A stretch of 64,000 nucleotides of DNA from an uncultured Spirochaetia bacterium (lineage in GTDB: Bacteria > Desulfobacterota_D > UBA1144 > Nemesobacterales > Nemesobacteraceae): assembly GCA_964429945.1 (NCBI GenBank), contig CAYSDX010000002.1:10154-74153 (forward strand), read 5' to 3'. The notes below the pieces were generated by a model. It searched no databases and was not told the origin of the DNA. It saw only the letters and a program-made list of their open reading frames with translations. Numbering within the stretch: position 1 is the first letter of the stretch; every line of letters starts with the position of its first letter. Both the position numbers and the translations under genes were made by a program. Shown here piece after piece: positions 55,974 to 64,000 of this stretch.

Positions 55974-57371
55974 ATGAAATCACCTAAACATCTGCTTTTT
56001 TTCTTTGTCGTGGCGGCGGTTTTCGCGCTTCCTTTCTCAAAGGCTCTTTCCCATGACTCTCCTGAGTCCATTTCGCCCACTGTAAAACGTCTTACACCCT
56101 CAGTCGTCAATATAAGCACGACAAACGTGATAAAAACCTCGCCGTTTGGCTCGCCATACCAGGATGAACAGTTCAAGAAATTCTTCGAAAAATTTTTCTC
56201 CGACCAGATGCCCGGGAGGGAATTCAGAAACAAGGGACTCGGTTCCGGCTTCGTAATGAGTTCCGATGGCTACATAATTACCAATAACCATGTCGTAAGA
56301 AAAGCCGAAGAGATCGAGGTGATACTCGAAGGCGGCAAGAAATACAATGCCAAGATAGTGGGCACCGACCCCGTAACCGATCTGGCGCTGCTGAAAATTG
56401 ATTCCGAAGAGCCTCTTCCCGCAGTGGAAATGGGCGATTCCTCGGCCCTCCAGATAGGAGACGGGGTGTTTGCTATCGGAAACCCCTTCGGCCTGGGTCA
56501 CACGGTTACCGCCGGGATAGTCAGCGCGAAGGGAAGGGCCCTTGGAATCGGGCGATACGACAATTTCATTCAGACCGACGCGGCTATTAACCCCGGAAAC
56601 AGCGGGGGCCCGCTTTTTGACTACGAGGGCAGGGTGGTGGGGGTGAATACCGCGGTTATGGCGCGCGGCCAGGGCCTTGGTTTCGCAATACCGATAAACA
56701 TGGCGAAGCTTGTCGTTGAGCAGCTCAAGGCTAACGGGAGAGTTATCAGGGGGTGGCTAGGAATAATGATTCAGGATATAACCCCGGAAATTTCAGAGGC
56801 ACTCGGGATTAAGCGCGACAAGGGAGGACTGATATCCGAGGTCAAGGGAGGGAGTCCGGCGGACAATGCGGGTCTTCGGAGGGGCGACGTGATCGTTTCC
56901 GTTGAGGGAGATGAGATTCCGGACGCCGCGACGCTTGCAAGAAAGCTGGCACTCACCAAGCCCGGGGTCGATACGAAGTTCGTGGTGCTTAGCGACGGGA
57001 AGGAGAAAACCCTTACCATAAAGCTTATAGAACATCCCGAGAACGAAAGAGTCGAGGAATCCACAGACAAGCTTAAAACCGAGGAGAAGCTTGGCATCGA
57101 AGTGAGCGAGATAACGCAGCAGCTAAGAAACCGGTTCAGGATTAATGCGTCGGGCGGAGTGATCATAGTAAACGTCGCGCCGGGGAGCCTCGCTTCTGAA
57201 TCAGGACTTCGCGTGGGCGACGTGATACTTGAGGTAAACGGAGATTCCGTCGACGGGCTTAAGGAATACCAAAAAGCACTTGAGAAGCACGGGTCGGGAA
57301 GAACCTTGCTTTTTCTAATCGAGCGTGGGGGCAGGACTATATATCTGGGCGTAAAGACGGGCCGCGGCTGA
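55974..57371 (+). CDS. htrA: Do/DegP/HtrA family periplasmic serine protease with two PDZ domains
   Basis: Signal peptide, catalytic triad context (ITNNHVV, DLALLKI, GNSGGPL) and two PDZ-like segments. Confidence 0.9.
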   Translation: MKSPKHLLFFFVVAAVFALPFSKALSHDSPESISPTVKRLTPSVVNISTTNVIKTSPFGSPYQDEQFKKFFEKFFSDQMPGREFRNKGLGSGFVMSSDGYIITNNHVVRKAEEIEVILEGGKKYNAKIVGTDPVTDLALLKIDSEEPLPAVEMGDSSALQIGDGVFAIGNPFGLGHTVTAGIVSAKGRALGIGRYDNFIQTDAAINPGNSGGPLFDYEGRVVGVNTAVMARGQGLGFAIPINMAKLVVEQLKANGRVIRGWLGIMIQDITPEISEALGIKRDKGGLISEVKGGSPADNAGLRRGDVIVSVEGDEIPDAATLARKLALTKPGVDTKFVVLSDGKEKTLTIKLIEHPENERVEESTDKLKTEEKLGIEVSEITQQLRNRFRINASGGVIIVNVAPGSLASESGLRVGDVILEVNGDSVDGLKEYQKALEKHGSGRTLLFLIERGGRTIYLGVKTGRG

Positions 57372-57862
57372 TGATAATAGAGGAAAAACTCTCGGAACTC
57401 GGAATAGAACTTGCAAAAGAAGTTCCCGCCCTGGGAAGTTACGTTCCCGCGACCGTGTCGGGCAATCTGATTTTCATATCGGGCCAGCTTCCCGTTAAAG
57501 ATGGAGAGCTTCTCTTCACGGGCAAGGCGGGGTCCGATCTTACGGTTGAGCAGGGCTACCGGGCGGCGAGGCTTGCGGCGATAAACGGCCTCTCCGTAAT
57601 CAGTCATATTCTGGAAGATCTGCGGCAGTTAAAAAGAATTATAAAAGTAACGGGTTACGTGGCAAGCGCTCCTGGTTTTACAGAACAGCACAAGGTGGTT
57701 AACGGCGCCTCTGAGCTTTTCACTGATGTGCTCTCGGAGCGCGGTCGCCACGCAAGGGTAGCCGTGGGGGTTCCCAGTCTTCCCATGGACTCGCCGGTTG
57801 AAATTGAGATTGTAGCCGAGTTCTCTCCCGCTGCCCTGAGAAGCTCGGATATTTCCCCCTGA
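57371..57862 (+). CDS. RidA/YjgF/L-PSP family protein
   Basis: 163 aa with YVPATVSGNLIFISGQLP and RVAVGVPSLPMDSPVEIE, typical of the family. Confidence 0.8.
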   Translation: MIIEEKLSELGIELAKEVPALGSYVPATVSGNLIFISGQLPVKDGELLFTGKAGSDLTVEQGYRAARLAAINGLSVISHILEDLRQLKRIIKVTGYVASAPGFTEQHKVVNGASELFTDVLSERGRHARVAVGVPSLPMDSPVEIEIVAEFSPAALRSSDISP

Positions 57863-58611
57863 TGTTTCCCGTATACCTTTATTCGGACAGTCCCTCGCAG
57901 TCGCTTGTCATGGAAGACGTGGTGGGTTTTCTCTCCGGGCTAGGTCTTTCGGTTGAGTTTCGCGGAGATTTTCTCAGTTTTCTCTCGCTTGAGGCTGAAG
58001 AGACGGCGGAACTTGACTCTCTTATACAGAAGGCCAGAGTCTTTGACATTGAAAAGCCCGTTGAATTCTCAGGTAGTCCGCGACCGTCTGATGTGTTCGA
58101 AAAAGAACTATACGACGGTTTCTGGATGCAGAGAATATTCTCGAAGTTTTTCCTGAAAAAGCATCTCGGAGAACTTGCGAAAACCGGCTTCCACGCGGTT
58201 GTTACGGGGAGGCTGCTTGGAACTTACGGATCCCGAAGATACCACGCGAGAGTCATCATCTCGGGGTTTCCATCCTTTATTTCAACCTCAGGAGTTGTGG
58301 AAGGCCCGGCTAGACCCAGGGAATATTATTTCCTCAAGGCGGAGTTTTCCCGGTTGGGAAAAGACCTCGCGGAGCTTGACGAGATATTCCGGGGAAAGTT
58401 TGTCGATTACGAAGACGATAAGATAACGAAGATAGCAAGCGCGTACGTGCTTCAACCCCTTCTACATAATTTTTCGGGGAAGGAGTTCTGCCAAAACGGC
58501 GGATGCGCCCTTTTCAATTCCCACTGGCAGAGGGAAGTTCTCGATATCCAGTACTCAGGTGTTTTGTGCGCCGAGTGCGAGAGTGAAATAAAGAGGATAG
58601 CAGGAGGGTAG
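57862..58611 (+). CDS. Hypothetical protein with an archaemetzincin-like C-terminal Cys4 module but no HEXXH
   Basis: 249 aa. C210-x4-C215-x20-C236-x2-C239 (FCQNGGCALFNSHW...LCAEC) parallels the archaemetzincin C-x4-C-x-M-x17-C-x2-C site. QPLLHNFSG sits where HEXXHXXG would be expected. Confidence 0.5.
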   Translation: MFPVYLYSDSPSQSLVMEDVVGFLSGLGLSVEFRGDFLSFLSLEAEETAELDSLIQKARVFDIEKPVEFSGSPRPSDVFEKELYDGFWMQRIFSKFFLKKHLGELAKTGFHAVVTGRLLGTYGSRRYHARVIISGFPSFISTSGVVEGPARPREYYFLKAEFSRLGKDLAELDEIFRGKFVDYEDDKITKIASAYVLQPLLHNFSGKEFCQNGGCALFNSHWQREVLDIQYSGVLCAECESEIKRIAGG

Positions 58612-58661
58612 AAGCGGCTCCTTGCACTGCGAAGAAGGATGATAGAAAACCTGTGTGGTTC

Positions 58662-59471
58662 CTAGTCCATCTCGTCAAGTATGTTTACCGCAACCTGGGC
58701 CACCTTTTTTCCGGAAAGCAGCATCCCCCCGAAAGTGGGTCCCATTCTCGGAAGCCCGAAGGTGGTGTTAACGGACATTCCGCATGCCAGCAGCCCGGGG
58801 TGTATTTCTCCGGTGTATTCGACGAGGGCTTCTTCTGACTTCTCAACCCACATTGATCCATGACCCGGAAGTTTTCTGTAAAGACCCTGCTGGGAGAGCC
58901 TTGAAACGCAGTAGGCGTCATGTCCCGTGGCGTCTATTACCAGCTTTGATTCTATCGCAATGGGGTCAAGACAGGTTATCTCCTTGGGCATGTTCGCTAT
59001 GGGCGTCCAGTTGATGACTATTCCCGCGACTCTTCCGTTCTCCCTGTAAACCAGGTCGTCAAACAGCGTCATGTTTCTTACTTTTGCTCCCGCTTCGCAC
59101 GCCGTCGCTATAAGCTTCGAGCAGGCGTAAGGGCCGTCGGCTACGAAAAGTCCTTCGGAGACCTCTTCGTACGGTACTTCGATCTCGTCGAGCACCGTCT
59201 GTCCCGGTGCGCGTACCGTGACCTTGTTCATGAGGTATCCGCCGATCCAGAACCCTCCTCCAAGGTAGTTCATCCTTTCAACGAGCAGCACCTTGTACTT
59301 TTTCTTCGCTATGTCCTTTGCCGCTACAAGCCCGCTTGGTCCCGCGCCGACGATTATAACGTCACTTGTAATGTATTCGCTGAATTCTTCCGAGAATCCC
59401 TCGACTATGGCCCGTGTTACTTCCTTCTCTCCTACCGGTGCGAACTGCGGGGTCTTTAAACTGTCTGACAT
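58662..59471 (-). CDS. thi4: Thiazole synthase Thi4 (eukaryote/archaeal-type ADP-thiazole synthase)
   Basis: [31 protein letters not shown] and [13 protein letters not shown] align with yeast THI4 as I remember it. Confidence 0.85.
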   Translation of the reverse strand: MSDSLKTPQFAPVGEKEVTRAIVEGFSEEFSEYITSDVIIVGAGPSGLVAAKDIAKKKYKVLLVERMNYLGGGFWIGGYLMNKVTVRAPGQTVLDEIEVPYEEVSEGLFVADGPYACSKLIATACEAGAKVRNMTLFDDLVYRENGRVAGIVINWTPIANMPKEITCLDPIAIESKLVIDATGHDAYCVSRLSQQGLYRKLPGHGSMWVEKSEEALVEYTGEIHPGLLACGMSVNTTFGLPRMGPTFGGMLLSGKKVAQVAVNILDEMD

Positions 59472-59521
59472 GTGGTTTTCCTCCGAAAAAACGTCAATAA
59501 GTCTTTCTGCTTTTTCCTGCT

Positions 59522-59974
59522 CTACTGCTCTTCTTCCTTCACGACATTTAGGGTTATCTGCTGGGTCACGTCCGTATGAAGCTTAAGATCGACCGTGTAT
59601 GTTCCAAGGGCTTTTATAGTGCCGTCAAGCGCTATATCCCTCCTTGAGATCTCAAATCCTTTTTCCGCCAGCGCGTCGGAAATGTTCTGCGAAGTGACTG
59701 ATCCGAACAGCCGGTCTTCTTCCCCGGACTTGGCGGATATGGAAATCTCAAGACCCTTGAGTTTCTCCGCGAGCGCCTTTGCGTTCTCGAGAACCTCGGT
59801 TTTGCGCAGTCTTATTGCCTCTATCCTGCTTTCCCAAGCCTTAAGGTTCGCCTCGGTTGCCTTTATCGCGAGCTTGCGGGGAAAAAGATAGTTTCTAGCC
59901 ATCCCGTTTTTCACGTCTTTTACGTCTCCGACGCTTCCTATGTTCTCCACATCGGAAATCAGAATTACTTTCAT
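59522..59974 (-). CDS. rplI: 50S ribosomal protein L9
   Basis: [36 protein letters not shown] is a diagnostic N-terminus. Confidence 0.95.
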   Translation of the reverse strand: MKVILISDVENIGSVGDVKDVKNGMARNYLFPRKLAIKATEANLKAWESRIEAIRLRKTEVLENAKALAEKLKGLEISISAKSGEEDRLFGSVTSQNISDALAEKGFEISRRDIALDGTIKALGTYTVDLKLHTDVTQQITLNVVKEEEQ

Positions 59975-60012
59975 TGTTTACCTCCGCGCATGGGTTAAGC
60001 GGTATCCGGGAA

Positions 60013-60267
60013 TCACTTGTGAGTTACTGTGTACGGCAAAAGCGCCATGAAACGGGCTCTCTTTATCGCGATCGCCACCTTCCTCTGCTCCTGCCTGGAA
60101 AGCCCGGTGTTTCTCCTGGGCAGTATCTTTTTTCTCTCCGTTATGAACTGAGAGAGGAGTTCCGTGTCCTTGTAATCTATCTGCTTGCCTTCCTTGGCAA
60201 GGTCTCTGGGTTTTTTTCTGCGCGAGTAAAACTTTCTGCCTCCCCCGCCCATTGCTCTTCTGCTCAT
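60013..60267 (-). CDS. rpsR: 30S ribosomal protein S18
   Basis: [50 protein letters not shown]. Confidence 0.95.
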   Translation of the reverse strand: MSRRAMGGGGRKFYSRRKKPRDLAKEGKQIDYKDTELLSQFITERKKILPRRNTGLSRQEQRKVAIAIKRARFMALLPYTVTHK

Positions 60268-60773
60268 GATTCGCTGCCTCCCTTAGTCTGTTCTTCGTCT
60301 TCCTGAGGCGGTTCCTGACTTTCTTCGGCCTGCTTCTCAGCTTCCTGAGGCGGTTCGGCATCTCCCTCGGCCTGCTCTTCAGCTGTTAAAGGAGGAGTCT
60401 GAAAAGCGCTTTGATCTTCCTGCCCGGATGCCTGCGGAGGAGCGCTCGTCGCGGCCCCCGTCGGTTTTTGCTCCTCGATGTATTTTACGGTCATAAACCG
60501 CAGAACGTTGTTCTTGGAAAGGTTAAAATATCTTTCTATGTCCGTTACGGCCCCAGGTTCAGATGCGTAAACGGCTATGTAGTAGGTGCCCCTGGTATAG
60601 TTGTCTATCCTGTATGCAAGATCCCTCTCGGCCCATTTCTCGGATTTTATTATTTCTCCGCCGTTTGCGGCCACACTCTGCTCGACCCTGTCCTGGATCG
60701 TAAGGAGATCTTCGGGGGATATATCTGGTCTTACTAGGTAAAGCGTTTCGTACTTCGTCGGCTCAATAGCCAT
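60264..60773 (-). CDS. rpsF: 30S ribosomal protein S6 with a long acidic C-terminal extension
   Basis: The ATG at 60773 gives [17 protein letters not shown]. The S6 core is followed by a tail of about 60 aa rich in Glu, Gln and Pro. Confidence 0.9.
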   Translation of the reverse strand: MAIEPTKYETLYLVRPDISPEDLLTIQDRVEQSVAANGGEIIKSEKWAERDLAYRIDNYTRGTYYIAVYASEPGAVTDIERYFNLSKNNVLRFMTVKYIEEQKPTGAATSAPPQASGQEDQSAFQTPPLTAEEQAEGDAEPPQEAEKQAEESQEPPQEDEEQTKGGSES

Positions 60774-60846
60774 GCTTACTGCCTCCTGTCTTGGTCTTAG
60801 GCCCCTGAACGTCATTGCTTAGAAATCAGGAGCAACAGAGAAAACT

Positions 60847-60875
60847 ATTATACTGATTTTCAGAAACCGTGTAAA
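60847..60875 (-). promoter_or_regulatory. Sigma70-type promoter for rpsF-rpsR-rplI (TTTACA-17 nt-TATAAT)
   Basis: On the minus strand, TTTACA is at 60870-60875, the spacer is 17 nt, and TATAAT is at 60847-60852, about 70 nt upstream of the rpsF ATG. Confidence 0.5.
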
Positions 60876-60906
60876 TAACAAACGGGCGGGACTGTTGCCC
60901 CGCCCG
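60873..60906 (-). terminator. Intrinsic terminator downstream of hppA
   Basis: An 8-bp GC stem (60883-60890 pairs with 60899-60906) with an 8-nt loop. On the minus strand it is followed by TTTGTTATTT (60873-60882). It lies 18 nt after the hppA stop. Confidence 0.6.
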
Positions 60907-60923
60907 CAGTTCAGGCGTCCGTT

Positions 60924-62996
60924 TTACAGTATGAGAAGGGGAGCCACAACGAGCGATACTATGGACATAAGCTTGATGAGAATATTCATCGCCGGCCCTG
61001 AAGTATCCTTAAACGGATCTCCTATCGTGTCTCCTACGACGGCGGCTTTGTGCGCCTCAGATCCTTTTCCTCCTAGGTTTCCTTCCTCTATGAATTTCTT
61101 CGCGTTATCCCAGGCTCCGCCCGAGTTCGCCATCATAAGGGCGAGCATGACTCCCGCCACAACGGCGCCTGCGAGAAAACCTCCGAGGGCTTCCTCTCCG
61201 AGGGCAAAACCTATGATAAGTGGCACCACTATGGCGGTAATGCCGGGCAGTATCATCTCTTTTAGGGAAGCGTCTGTGCTTATCTGCACACACCTTGCGT
61301 AGTCCGGGGTAGCTTTTCCTTCAAGAAGTCCGGTTATTTCCCGAAACTGCCTTCTTACTTCCTCCACCATCTGCTGCGCCGACCTTCCCACGGAACCCAT
61401 TGTCAGGGCGCCTATGAGAAACGGGATCGTTCCGCCCACAAGCATTCCTGCCACTACCTTGGGCTGGGTAATGTCGATCGAGGTGAGTCCGACGGCGTTT
61501 GTGTAAGCGGCGAAAAGCGCAAGGGCGGAGAGGGCCGCAGAACCGATGGCGAATCCTTTTCCTATGGCTGCGGTCGTATTGCCGAGAGAGTCGAGCTTGT
61601 CCGTGATCTTTCTCACGTCCGTGCCGAGTTCCGACATCTCCGCGATACCGCCCGCGTTATCTGCTACCGGACCGTAGGCGTCAACCGACATCGTTATTCC
61701 TATGGTCGCCAGCATGCTGACCGCGGCTATCCCTATTCCGTAAAGTCCCGTGAACCAGTAAGACAGCACTATTGCCGCCGCGATTATGATCACCGGATAA
61801 GTCGTGCTGTACATTCCCACCGCGATTCCCTCGATTATGTTGGTGGCAACGCCCGTCTCGGAGGCCTTTGCTATTTTCCTTATCGGGGGCCCCGAGGTGA
61901 AGTGCTCCGTAACCTTGCCGATCAGTATTCCGGCGAGCAGACCCGCTATGGAAGTAAGCCATATGCTTATGTATCCCTGTTTACCCATGGTGGACAGGCT
62001 CTCTATCTGCGCCAGCCCGTAAAGTGCCAGCAGGGAGATCGCGCAGTATACGACCGCTGCAAATATGGTTGATCTTTCAAGCACGGCGCTTGGTTCTCCT
62101 TCCCTAAGCCATCCTACCGCCTTGGATCCCACGAGCGAGGAGAGGCTTCCTATTATGATGAGTATCAGCGGGACCGACATCATGGCGAGCTGATTTGTCG
62201 CCATGCTGGCCGCAATTACTACGGTAGCGATTACGGCTCCCACGTAGGATTCGAAAAGGTCGGCGCCCATTCCCGCCACGTCTCCGACGTTATCTCCGAC
62301 GTTGTCGGCGATCGTGGCCGGATTTCTCGGATCGTCCTCGGGTATTCCGGCCTCCACCTTTCCGACGAGGTCGGCTCCGACGTCAGCGGCCTTGGTGAAT
62401 ATCCCTCCGCCTATCCTTGCGAAAAGGGCTACAGTGCTGGCTCCCATTGCGAACCCGCCTATCATTCCTCCGAATTCCTTTAGGAACGCCGTGAAAAGGG
62501 TGCTGTCTTCGGGCTTTGTCTGAAGGTCGATTCCCAGAAGAAAAACGACTGAGAGTCCCAGGAGACCCAGACCTGCGACCGAAAGCCCCATCACGTTTCC
62601 GCCCCGGAAAGCCACCTCAAGGGCTTTTCCCTGTCCCTCGGTCGCCGCCGCCTGTGCTGTTCTCACGTTAGCCTTCGTAGCTGACTTCATGCCGAAAAAT
62701 CCGGCTATAAGCGAACATACCGCCCCGCCTAGGTAAGCAGCCCCGGTCTCGATTCCCAGAAACACCGAGAGCAGAACGAAAACAATCGCGGCGAAAAGAC
62801 CGATTATCCTGTATTCCCTTTTTAAAAACACCATCGCTCCCTCGTGAATCGCAGAAGCGATCTGCTTCATTTTGTCATTTCCTTCAGGAAGCTTGTTTAT
62901 CCCCCTGTATACAAATAACGCGTATAGGAGCACGATAAGACCTACCACGATTCCCACAAGTCCTATATTGCCCGCTAGTACTTCACCCATACCCAT
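60924..62996 (-). CDS. hppA: Membrane-bound ion-translocating pyrophosphatase (K+-dependent type signature)
   Basis: 690 aa polytopic protein with [27 protein letters not shown] and [20 protein letters not shown] has Ala rather than Lys, which marks the K+-dependent subfamily. Confidence 0.95.
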   Translation of the reverse strand: MGMGEVLAGNIGLVGIVVGLIVLLYALFVYRGINKLPEGNDKMKQIASAIHEGAMVFLKREYRIIGLFAAIVFVLLSVFLGIETGAAYLGGAVCSLIAGFFGMKSATKANVRTAQAAATEGQGKALEVAFRGGNVMGLSVAGLGLLGLSVVFLLGIDLQTKPEDSTLFTAFLKEFGGMIGGFAMGASTVALFARIGGGIFTKAADVGADLVGKVEAGIPEDDPRNPATIADNVGDNVGDVAGMGADLFESYVGAVIATVVIAASMATNQLAMMSVPLILIIIGSLSSLVGSKAVGWLREGEPSAVLERSTIFAAVVYCAISLLALYGLAQIESLSTMGKQGYISIWLTSIAGLLAGILIGKVTEHFTSGPPIRKIAKASETGVATNIIEGIAVGMYSTTYPVIIIAAAIVLSYWFTGLYGIGIAAVSMLATIGITMSVDAYGPVADNAGGIAEMSELGTDVRKITDKLDSLGNTTAAIGKGFAIGSAALSALALFAAYTNAVGLTSIDITQPKVVAGMLVGGTIPFLIGALTMGSVGRSAQQMVEEVRRQFREITGLLEGKATPDYARCVQISTDASLKEMILPGITAIVVPLIIGFALGEEALGGFLAGAVVAGVMLALMMANSGGAWDNAKKFIEEGNLGGKGSEAHKAAVVGDTIGDPFKDTSGPAMNILIKLMSIVSLVVAPLLIL

Positions 62997-63030
62997 TGGT
63001 AAATTCCTCCTAGTAGAGAATTGTTTTTTT

Positions 63031-63603
63031 TCAGTTCAGTCGACTGTTAAATTTGTTCATTGCCGAATCCACCCCGGCGTTTATTATTTCAAGTATTGCC
63101 TCAACCGCGGTCTCGACCATCTCCGCCGCTGTGTCTCTCTCATTTACAGCGAATGTGGAGAGAACGTGATCCCGGCCCTCTTTTTTCCCCGAGGGTTTCC
63201 CTATGCCGATTCTCACCCTGCAGAATTCTTCGGAACCCAAAGAAGCTATCACGGATCTTATTCCGTTATGCCCGGCCGAGCCTCCTCCTCTGTTCACCCT
63301 TATGTTTCCCAGGGGCAAGTCTAGTTCGTCGTAGACTACGATTACTCGCTCAACCGCTATCCTGTAGAATTCCTTCGCTTCGCGAAGCGCCTCGCCGCTT
63401 GCGTTCATGAAGGTCTGGGGCTTTATTATCAGCAGCTTTTCATCCGAATAAACCGCCTCCGCGCAGAGACTTCTGAATTTTTTCTTTCCGATTTTTGTGC
63501 CGAGACGCTCCGCTGTGCGCTCCGCTGTGCGAAACCCTATATTATGTCTTGTATTGTCGTAAGCGGAACCGGGATTCCCCAGGCCGGCAATCAGATATCG
63601 CAT
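63031..63603 (-). CDS. pth: Peptidyl-tRNA hydrolase
   Basis: [29 protein letters not shown] and [10 protein letters not shown] motifs. Confidence 0.95.
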   Translation of the reverse strand: MRYLIAGLGNPGSAYDNTRHNIGFRTAERTAERLGTKIGKKKFRSLCAEAVYSDEKLLIIKPQTFMNASGEALREAKEFYRIAVERVIVVYDELDLPLGNIRVNRGGGSAGHNGIRSVIASLGSEEFCRVRIGIGKPSGKKEGRDHVLSTFAVNERDTAAEMVETAVEAILEIINAGVDSAMNKFNSRLN

Positions 63604-63615
63604 GGATTCGGTGAC

Positions 63616-64000
63616 TTATTCCTGGGCCTCGGATTCCTGTTCCTCTTCTTCGACTTCCGGCTCGCCCACTTCCTCTTCTTGTGCCCTCTGCGCTAACACC
63701 TGGACGACTTTTTCGCTCCCGCTTCTAAGCGGCGCTACTCCCTCGCCAAACGAGATGCCGTCTATGTCTACGAAATCTCCCATCTCGAGATCGCTCACGT
63801 CTATTTCTATTGAATCGGGAATGTCCCCCGGCAGGCATTCAAGATCGATGGTTCTCATCAGCTTTTCAAGCCTCCCGCCTCTTCTCTCCCCTTCGGATCT
63901 TCCCTGTGTGTTTACCGGAACCTTGACCCTGACGTTCTTTTGCATGTCGATAGCCAGAAAATCAAGATGGATAACCCTGTTTTTAAGGGGGTCTCTCTGG
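63616..64000 (-). CDS. rplY: 50S ribosomal protein L25 / general stress protein Ctc, C-terminal part (5' end outside window)
   Basis: The frame is open to the window edge. LECLPGDIPDSIEIDVSDLEMGD is the Ctc-type beta-domain motif. Acidic tail. The pth-adjacent position is conserved. Confidence 0.8.
   Translation of the reverse strand, partial: QRDPLKNRVIHLDFLAIDMQKNVRVKVPVNTQGRSEGERRGGRLEKLMRTIDLECLPGDIPDSIEIDVSDLEMGDFVDIDGISFGEGVAPLRSGSEKVVQVLAQRAQEEEVGEPEVEEEEQESEAQE

Noticed and set aside
59472-59521. Searched for riboswitches where expected: TPP upstream of thi4, and FMN upstream of ribD (17124-17132) and ribF (48788-49039).
   Set aside because: The spacers are too short (50 nt and 9 nt) or lack the conserved cores I know for these riboswitches. 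None can be supported by eye.
1-64000. Scanned intergenic regions for CRISPR arrays, tRNA genes and rRNA genes.
   Set aside because: I found no regularly spaced direct repeats with unique spacers, no cloverleaf-compatible GTTCGA/T-arm contexts in intergenic DNA, and no rRNA-like stretches. Nearly all of the window is accounted for by protein-coding genes.

Overview
This 64-kb window is a chromosomal segment from a diderm-type bacterium, judged by TolQ/TolR/TonB-like genes, Lgt, a DegP/HtrA protease and a full dcw cluster. All calls come from reading the ORF translations and the DNA by eye. No database search was run, so family names rest on motif recognition.

The window is dominated by housekeeping genes:
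- ffh(partial)-rpsP-KH-rimM-trmD-rplS
- argS
- tolQ/tolR/tonB-like
- yebC-ruvC-ruvA-ruvB
- rho
- ftsY, ribD, nadD-rsfS
- a complete 15-gene dcw cluster (mraZ-rsmH-ftsL-ftsI-murE-murF-mraY-murD-ftsW-murG-murC-murB-ftsQ-ftsA-ftsZ, minus strand, 20.5-36.9 kb)
- murJ, aroQ, recJ, lgt, trkA-trkH, ribF-aroE, def, htrA
- rpsF-rpsR-rplI followed by thi4
- hppA, pth and a partial L25/Ctc gene

Three accessory insertions interrupt this core:
1. A truncated IS5-family transposase remnant sits just downstream of rho (about 14.3-14.7 kb).
2. A solo but catalytically intact tnpB (IS200/IS605 OrfB-type RNA-guided nuclease, 18306-19484) is wedged between ribD and nadD. Its last codons overlap the nadD start, and its 3' end is hairpin-rich, consistent with an omega-RNA.
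3. A visibly low-GC two-gene type II restriction-modification island (42.1-44.3 kb) lies between recJ and an SPFH gene. It pairs an NPPW adenine methyltransferase with a nuclease that has a MutH/Sau3AI-like catalytic block.

Other points worth a second look:
- TrmD is fused in frame to a second SPOUT-like domain.
- Four 10-bp-phased TGGCA boxes in the mraZ leader are a candidate MraZ operator.
- An archaemetzincin-like protein keeps the Cys4 site but lacks HEXXH.
- A 436-aa nitroreductase-like protein follows def where fmt is usually found.
- A Cys-type Thi4 lies downstream of ribosomal protein genes with no TPP riboswitch.

I found no rRNA, tRNA or CRISPR array. I see no clearly unprecedented multi-gene system. 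The tnpB locus is the strongest candidate for new biology.
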